Assembly: GCA_965246715.1 (NCBI GenBank)
Contig: CBDFFH010000036.1
Location: 1 to 64,000, forward strand
Origin: Chamaesiphon sp.
GTDB lineage: Bacteria; Cyanobacteriota; Cyanobacteriia; Cyanobacteriales; Chamaesiphonaceae
Direction: 5' to 3'
Length of the DNA stretch: 64,000 bases
Every line of letters starts with the position of its first letter. Position 1 is the stretch's first letter. This document shows, in pieces, positions 58,569-64,000 of this stretch. The translations under genes and the position numbers were made by a program. The notes under the pieces were generated by a model that did no database searches, was not told the origin of the DNA, and saw only the letters and a list, made by a program, of their open reading frames with translations.

Positions 58569-59324
58569 TCATACTGCAACGATCTTAAACCGTCCCCCCT
58601 CAGTCACAACCAAGCGATACCTGCCACTCAATCCGCGTCTTACCAGTGCATTTCTCACCCCCGCAGCCGCGCGTTCGGATTGCTTGGCGGTTGGACTTAT
58701 GGAAATGGTTTCTGGATGAGTGCGGTAGTAATAGAGCGGTTGTGGGTGATGATGGATCTGGGTGACTTCGGAGATTTTCAAGCACAGATCGTAGTCTTGG
58801 GCTTGGGGAAAGTCTACGTCGATGCCACCCACTAAGTCGTAGATCTCCCGTCGCAGTAATCGGAAGTGGAAGGTCATGAAGTCGATGAGTATTCGTTCTT
58901 TTGAATAGGGAATCTGACATCTGGCTCCGAGTCCCAGCACCTTACCATCCGATGTAACGATCGAATGGTCGGTATAGACCATGCCGATCTCTGGGTTGGT
59001 GTCGAGGATGCTGACGGTGGCGGCAAGGGCATCGGGAGCGAGGAAATCGTCGCTATCGACAAAAGCTAAATATTCACCAGTTGTGGTGGCAATGGCGGCA
59101 CGGAGGGCTGCTGCTCTTCCGGTGTGGGGTGCGGGGATGAATTTAATGCGCGGGTCGAGATTGGCGCGATCTTGGGCGATGGTGGGGGAGGAGTCGGTAG
59201 AGCCGTCGTCCCAGATGGTGAGGTGCCAGTGGGGATAGGTTTGCAGGAGGATGCTGTCAATCGCTTGTGAGAGGTAGTGTTGGCGGTTGTAGACGGTCAT
59301 CACTAATGAGACAGGGATGGGCAT
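58569..59324 (-). CDS. Glycosyltransferase family 2
   Basis: VYN, DDGSTD, DSDD and QDYDL motifs. Confidence 0.92.
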   Translation of the reverse strand: MPIPVSLVMTVYNRQHYLSQAIDSILLQTYPHWHLTIWDDGSTDSSPTIAQDRANLDPRIKFIPAPHTGRAAALRAAIATTTGEYLAFVDSDDFLAPDALAATVSILDTNPEIGMVYTDHSIVTSDGKVLGLGARCQIPYSKERILIDFMTFHFRLLRREIYDLVGGIDVDFPQAQDYDLCLKISEVTQIHHHPQPLYYYRTHPETISISPTAKQSERAAAGVRNALVRRGLSGRYRLVVTEGGRFKIVAV

Positions 59325-59485
59325 CTTTTATTTAGTTGGTGGTTGACAGCGATTCTCTTGTTAAGCGAGCGTGGGTGCGATCGAGTGTGGGCTGTTAAAT
59401 CGTCGATCGAGTGGGGGTGCGAGCGGGTTGTATTTGATCGGGAAAGAGTAGGTTGTTGAAAGAATTGCTCCGTATACATTTGAGT

Positions 59486-59506
59486 GGTGGGCGATTCCCA
59501 CCTTAC
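59486..59506 (-). repeat. Degenerate GTAG-type REP
   Basis: Reverse complement GTAAGGTGGGAATCGCCCACC. Confidence 0.6.
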
Positions 59507-59544
59507 AGCTCTGACCGCTACATCGGTTTGGCCGGAGGCATCGG

Positions 59545-60138
59545 CTAGGTTCTGTAATTACGACAAAAAAATACTGGATTGATATTGTCATAAAATGTTT
59601 CTTTGATATTATTGCTATTAAAACAATAAGATTCTATAAAATCATAAAAATCTCTGCCTACTAAATCTGAATGAAAAGAATTTATATAAGTTTTGTATAT
59701 GTCATAGCTATTATCCTTAATACTGTAGCTTTTAAGATCCCATAGAAATATTTCAGACCTATCAGAGTCAGCGAAAGCAAAAGAATTATTCAACAACTCT
59801 AGCTGTTTGTTTTTCTCTTCTCTGCGAGATCGACCTTGAAAAGTATCTTCCATACCTAAAACGCCATCTTTAAAGTATCCAATATTTGTATCAGACCATT
59901 TCAGATTTGCTAGATGAAATCTTAGGCTATTCGGCATTTCTCTTTCGTTACCTACTTCTAGTTCACCACTCCCAAAGATCTGAAGAAATTCTAAATATCC
60001 TCTGGGGAAATTTCTTCTCGCTTCATAAACTTTTTTAAATTTTTCAGGCGTTAATATATTAGACTTAGATTCATATACTATCGTTAGTTGCAAGCTGAAA
60101 CATTTCCATTTTTCAATGTAACAATCATCTATTTTCAT
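59545..60138 (-). CDS. SMI1/KNR4-like immunity protein
   Basis: FPRGYLEFLQIFGSG, FADS...FLWD and DFYDFI motifs; downstream of the RHS gene. Confidence 0.75.
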   Translation of the reverse strand: MKIDDCYIEKWKCFSLQLTIVYESKSNILTPEKFKKVYEARRNFPRGYLEFLQIFGSGELEVGNEREMPNSLRFHLANLKWSDTNIGYFKDGVLGMEDTFQGRSRREEKNKQLELLNNSFAFADSDRSEIFLWDLKSYSIKDNSYDIYKTYINSFHSDLVGRDFYDFIESYCFNSNNIKETFYDNINPVFFCRNYRT

Positions 60139-60349
60139 CTGCTTGTAAAATTTGCTAGAAGAATACTCTAATAACTTGTGAAATAATTTTTACAGATAAG
60201 TCAAGTTTCTGGATTAGGGAAAGTAGGAAAAGTCAAAGGAATTCCTCTCTGTTCTATTGCTGTTGGAGATGTTACTCCAGGGACAAAAATGGGAATGCTG
60301 CCTTGTATTCCTAAAACAGTGACAGGCGTTACGGTTACTTTGATGCCAG

Positions 60350-60868
60350 TTAAGCCAACAAGTAATACAAAATTGATGTGCCGACAACATGAGTAGCCAG
60401 CCGCTCAGAAGCACATAATAAACCACCCTTGAACTTCGCTAGCAATGTATAAAAATTCCATGATTCACAACATAGAGCTGCTTGAAAAGCTTCGGCCATG
60501 TACAATGCCACACTGAGCAAGCAAATTGTAAGAACACTCTGATTCAAATTAAAGTTTAATATAAACTTGAAAATTGCACCATCCATAACTCCAAAAATGA
60601 TATTAAAAACAGTAAGAATAAAAACTATGGGTAGAGTTCCAATGATTAGAAGGAAGTCCACTATATAGCTTCCTGTATTACTGGAAGCTATATTAATATT
60701 GCTGCTAAAGTAGTTGACTATACTTGCTACTAAAATTAGGCTGACTGGATATATACAATTATACTGATAGCTGAAAAATCTAGTTTTTAAGAGTGACGAT
60801 ACAAACATTAAACTTGTTACAGTTAAAATCTTTATTATCCAAATAATACTATCATCCATAATTAACAA
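60350..60868 (-). CDS. AT-rich multi-TM protein, putative cognate immunity protein
   Basis: Starts immediately after the RHS stop codon; hydrophobic. Confidence 0.6.
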   Translation of the reverse strand: MLIMDDSIIWIIKILTVTSLMFVSSLLKTRFFSYQYNCIYPVSLILVASIVNYFSSNINIASSNTGSYIVDFLLIIGTLPIVFILTVFNIIFGVMDGAIFKFILNFNLNQSVLTICLLSVALYMAEAFQAALCCESWNFYTLLAKFKGGLLCASERLATHVVGTSILYYLLA

Positions 60869-60870
60869 TG

Positions 60871-63576
60871 CTATATTTTTATTCTAGATTTAATAAAACT
60901 TCTGACACCAAAATCACTTAGTAGATCCATATGGCTTACGCCTTTATTAGCTCGATAATCAGGTCTATATAGTGGATTTCTAAACCAGAAGTAAGCAGCG
61001 ACATCTCTAAGATCGCGAGATGGAAATTTATTACTTGCTACCGTATAGGTCTCAGCGGCAAGGAGGTTTGGCTCAAAAGGGACACCTGTTGGATCGAGTC
61101 TTACCGCATAAATGTCTGCATTCAAATTAAGTAATTTAAGTGAATCGACTAATGCATTGAGTGTAAAGCCGCTACCATCGGAATGAGCAACTATATTAAT
61201 CGGCTCGTCACACTTTAAGCCACCACCTAATGATAAAAAACCTTGTATTATGAAAAAAGCATGTGCTGCTCTGATAGCACCAAATGGGTCGTTAGCAGGT
61301 GATACTCCTGGCGGATTGCCGATTGGGATCACAGGAAACCTGGCTCCAATGAGAAGAGAAAGAGGTAAGATTCCAAACTCTCCTCCTCCTCCTGGCAAAA
61401 TGAAAGTAATTTCACCACTAGGATCGATTGCATTAATCGCATTATTCTTAACATACCGAGTTAAATTCCCATCCCCACCAGCAAAGCCGATCGGATCTTC
61501 GCTAATAAACCGACCCACACTCGGATCGTAATACCGAGCGCGATAATAATCTAATTCAGTCTCACTATCTTGCTCCCGACCAGTGTAACCATACCGAAGC
61601 TCGATCGGGTTAGTCTGACTGACAACATTGCCAAAGCTATCATAACTAATATGGTCTAAGATCGTCCCAGCACCATCGACCACATCCTTAATCGTTCCCT
61701 GATGGTCGGCTAACAACCAGTGAGTACTACTAGCCACCTCATCAGCTAAAACTTGGTCAACTTCATCTCCGTACAAATAGCGATGTGTCTGGACTCCACT
61801 ACCATCAAAGACTAAACTAATCTGGTCGCGATCGAGTACATATCGCTCAGTTACCAACCCATCAATCTTCTTACCAATCCGACGATCGTTCACATCATAA
61901 AGATACTCGATCGACTTAACCACAATACCAGCAGTATCCTTAAATGCCACTATACTCAACCGATTGTGATAATCCCAACTATACTCAGTCACCTTACCAG
62001 TAGCAATCTCAGTCCGCTTGATTCTGTTACCCTCATCATCATAAGTATAGTTATAGATACCATCAGAGAGTAACTGATTATTAACCCCAGTTTGATAACC
62101 GCTATTAGTCCGATTGCCATTAGCATCGTAACTATAAGCCTCATCAGTTTGAGTACTATAATTCGCACCAGTTAACTGATTAATCGAATCGTAGTTATAG
62201 TTAACCACCCCATCGACAGAACTAATCTGACTGATGCGCGAACCCGTATCGTACTGGTAGTTATAACTATTAACTGCTACATTCGCCGCATTTTTATGGC
62301 TAATACCACTCAATCGATGCAAACTGTCATAACTATAATTAGTACCGATCGCTTGTTGAGTCCCAGTCAGATCGTTATAACGATTGAGGCTGGAGAGACT
62401 ACCGATCGAATCGTAAGTCATATTCACCCGTTTGGATTGGACTCCCGCACCACTTTGGGTAATCTGAGTAACTCGATCGAGATTATCGTAACTATAGGCT
62501 AGGTTTCCAGCGTTCACCCCATTAATCTTGTCATTGACAGCAAGCGTATTGCCATTGAGATCGTAAGAGTAATTTAATAAAACGCTAGGGATACCAACAG
62601 TGCCAGTATTATCGATACTGGTTAGACGACTGTTGAGATCGTAGGTATAGGTGTATTTAGAATTGACATCGTAAGTACTGGTGAGTTGACCGATCGCATC
62701 ATAATTTGAAACAATTTCGTTGAGAACCGTACTGTTACTAGCCAACCATTTCTCACCAATTAACCGATTGAGATTGTCGTAAGCGTTGGTAATGATGCGT
62801 CCATCTCTGTCGGTAGTAGAGATTTTATTACCAACTGCATCGTAACTAATGGTGCGAGTTTTACCGAATTGGTTGGTATCGGTAATCAAACGATTGAGTT
62901 CATCGTAACTGTAAGTGTTGGCATTATTTACTGGGTCGATGATGGAGATAATATTACCAACCTTGTCGTAGCTGGTTTTAGTTCCCCCACCCTTAGCATC
63001 CTTAACCTCAATTCGTCGATTCTGTGCATCGTACTTGTATTCAGTCCGATTACCATTCGCATCGACAGTAGCCGTGACATTCCCCAACTTATTGTACTCA
63101 GTGTTGGTAGTATGACCCAAAGCATCGATAACCGCAACCTGACGACCGAGAGCGTCAAATTGGTAAGTGGTGGTATTACCCTTGGCATCGGTAGTGGCAA
63201 TTAATTGGTTAGCAGCATCGTAGAAGTATTGTGTTTGGTTGCCCAGCGCATCGATTTCCCGACTGAGGCGATTGCGAGTGTCGTAGAACTTCTGGGTTTT
63301 ACGACCCAAAGCATCGGTATCGCTAGTAATCTGGTTGTTAGCATCGTATTGATTTTTAGTAATACTGCCATCGGGATTGACAGTGGCAATCAACCGATTG
63401 CGAGCATCGTATTGGTTGCTGGTTACTCGTCCCAAGGCATCGGTGCTAGAGATTAAATTACCGTTATTATCGTAGGCATTGGTCCTAGCTGCCACGCCCG
63501 ACGCATCGATCGTACCATGAGAAAAAATAAAATTTTTAACGATAAATTTAGGATGTCTGTAATTATTAAGTGACAA
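60871..63576 (-). CDS. RHS/YD-repeat protein with C-terminal toxin domain (likely 5'-truncated orphan module)
   Basis: YD repeats; RHS core YTGREQD..YYRARYYDPSVGRFISEDPIG..N..DPSG; variable C-terminus. Confidence 0.92.
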   Translation of the reverse strand: MSLNNYRHPKFIVKNFIFSHGTIDASGVAARTNAYDNNGNLISSTDALGRVTSNQYDARNRLIATVNPDGSITKNQYDANNQITSDTDALGRKTQKFYDTRNRLSREIDALGNQTQYFYDAANQLIATTDAKGNTTTYQFDALGRQVAVIDALGHTTNTEYNKLGNVTATVDANGNRTEYKYDAQNRRIEVKDAKGGGTKTSYDKVGNIISIIDPVNNANTYSYDELNRLITDTNQFGKTRTISYDAVGNKISTTDRDGRIITNAYDNLNRLIGEKWLASNSTVLNEIVSNYDAIGQLTSTYDVNSKYTYTYDLNSRLTSIDNTGTVGIPSVLLNYSYDLNGNTLAVNDKINGVNAGNLAYSYDNLDRVTQITQSGAGVQSKRVNMTYDSIGSLSSLNRYNDLTGTQQAIGTNYSYDSLHRLSGISHKNAANVAVNSYNYQYDTGSRISQISSVDGVVNYNYDSINQLTGANYSTQTDEAYSYDANGNRTNSGYQTGVNNQLLSDGIYNYTYDDEGNRIKRTEIATGKVTEYSWDYHNRLSIVAFKDTAGIVVKSIEYLYDVNDRRIGKKIDGLVTERYVLDRDQISLVFDGSGVQTHRYLYGDEVDQVLADEVASSTHWLLADHQGTIKDVVDGAGTILDHISYDSFGNVVSQTNPIELRYGYTGREQDSETELDYYRARYYDPSVGRFISEDPIGFAGGDGNLTRYVKNNAINAIDPSGEITFILPGGGGEFGILPLSLLIGARFPVIPIGNPPGVSPANDPFGAIRAAHAFFIIQGFLSLGGGLKCDEPINIVAHSDGSGFTLNALVDSLKLLNLNADIYAVRLDPTGVPFEPNLLAAETYTVASNKFPSRDLRDVAAYFWFRNPLYRPDYRANKGVSHMDLLSDFGVRSFIKSRIKI

Positions 63577-63580
63577 AAAA

Positions 63581-64000
63581 TCAGCGTGGAATTTTCCTAA
63601 TAGTACAAGTCTCTAGCTTGAGTGGGCAGCTTCCAGCAAATTTATCATCAAGATATAGCTGAGTTAATCTACTCAAACTAGCTAGTGAGCTGATATCAAT
63701 GATTTGATTGTTAACAAGATTGAGCTGAGTTAACTTATTCAAACCAGCTAGAGATCTGATATCATTAATCTGATTTGAACCAAGGTCAAGTTCTGTTAAG
63801 TTTTTCAAACTAGCTAGGTGCCTGATACTGGTGATTTTATTGTCACGAAGATAGAGCTTCTTCAATTTATTTAAACCAGCTAAAGGTGTGAGATCGATAA
63901 CTTTATTTTTAGAAATTAAAATCTTGGTTAACTGATTCAATCTAGAAAGAGGTCTGATATCTGCAATCTCATTAGAACTCAGATCGAGATCGTTTAAATT
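63581..64000 (-). CDS. Leucine-rich repeat (internalin-like) protein, 5' end outside the window
   Basis: 22-aa LxxLxxLxLxxNxIxDIxxL repeats; frame open to the window edge. Confidence 0.88.
   Translation of the reverse strand, partial: NLNDLDLSSNEIADIRPLSRLNQLTKILISKNKVIDLTPLAGLNKLKKLYLRDNKITSIRHLASLKNLTELDLGSNQINDIRSLAGLNKLTQLNLVNNQIIDISSLASLSRLTQLYLDDKFAGSCPLKLETCTIRKIPR

Overview
Cyanobacterial chromosomal window; the dense CGATCG/HIP1-like sites, ndhN, cruF/cruG, desA and nrrA point to this, and a Chamaesiphon-like lineage is my inference only. Housekeeping genes include secG, ileS with a CAAD membrane insertion, thrS, an RluD-like synthase, a Kir channel, sdhCAB, grxD/bolA, obgE and bioB. 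Mobile DNA is abundant: complete ISAs1 and ISL3 elements with target duplications, a truncated IS630, a RAYT transposase with GTAG-type REPs, three MITE families and several 22-50 nt insertion elements. There is also a decayed plasmid-like parA/PemK island and an RHS toxin-immunity cluster. The most striking signal is a 1407-codon nuclease + HEXXH protease + Ig/PKD ORF that carries a complete pentapeptide-repeat gene nested codon-aligned on its antisense strand, right after the nuclease domain. This is a candidate antisense-embedded immunity gene. The same ORF, a lone immunity-like gene and the RAYT gene each lie between inward-facing GTAG REPs, which suggests REP/RAYT-linked capture of toxin cassettes. 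No tRNA, rRNA or CRISPR array was found.
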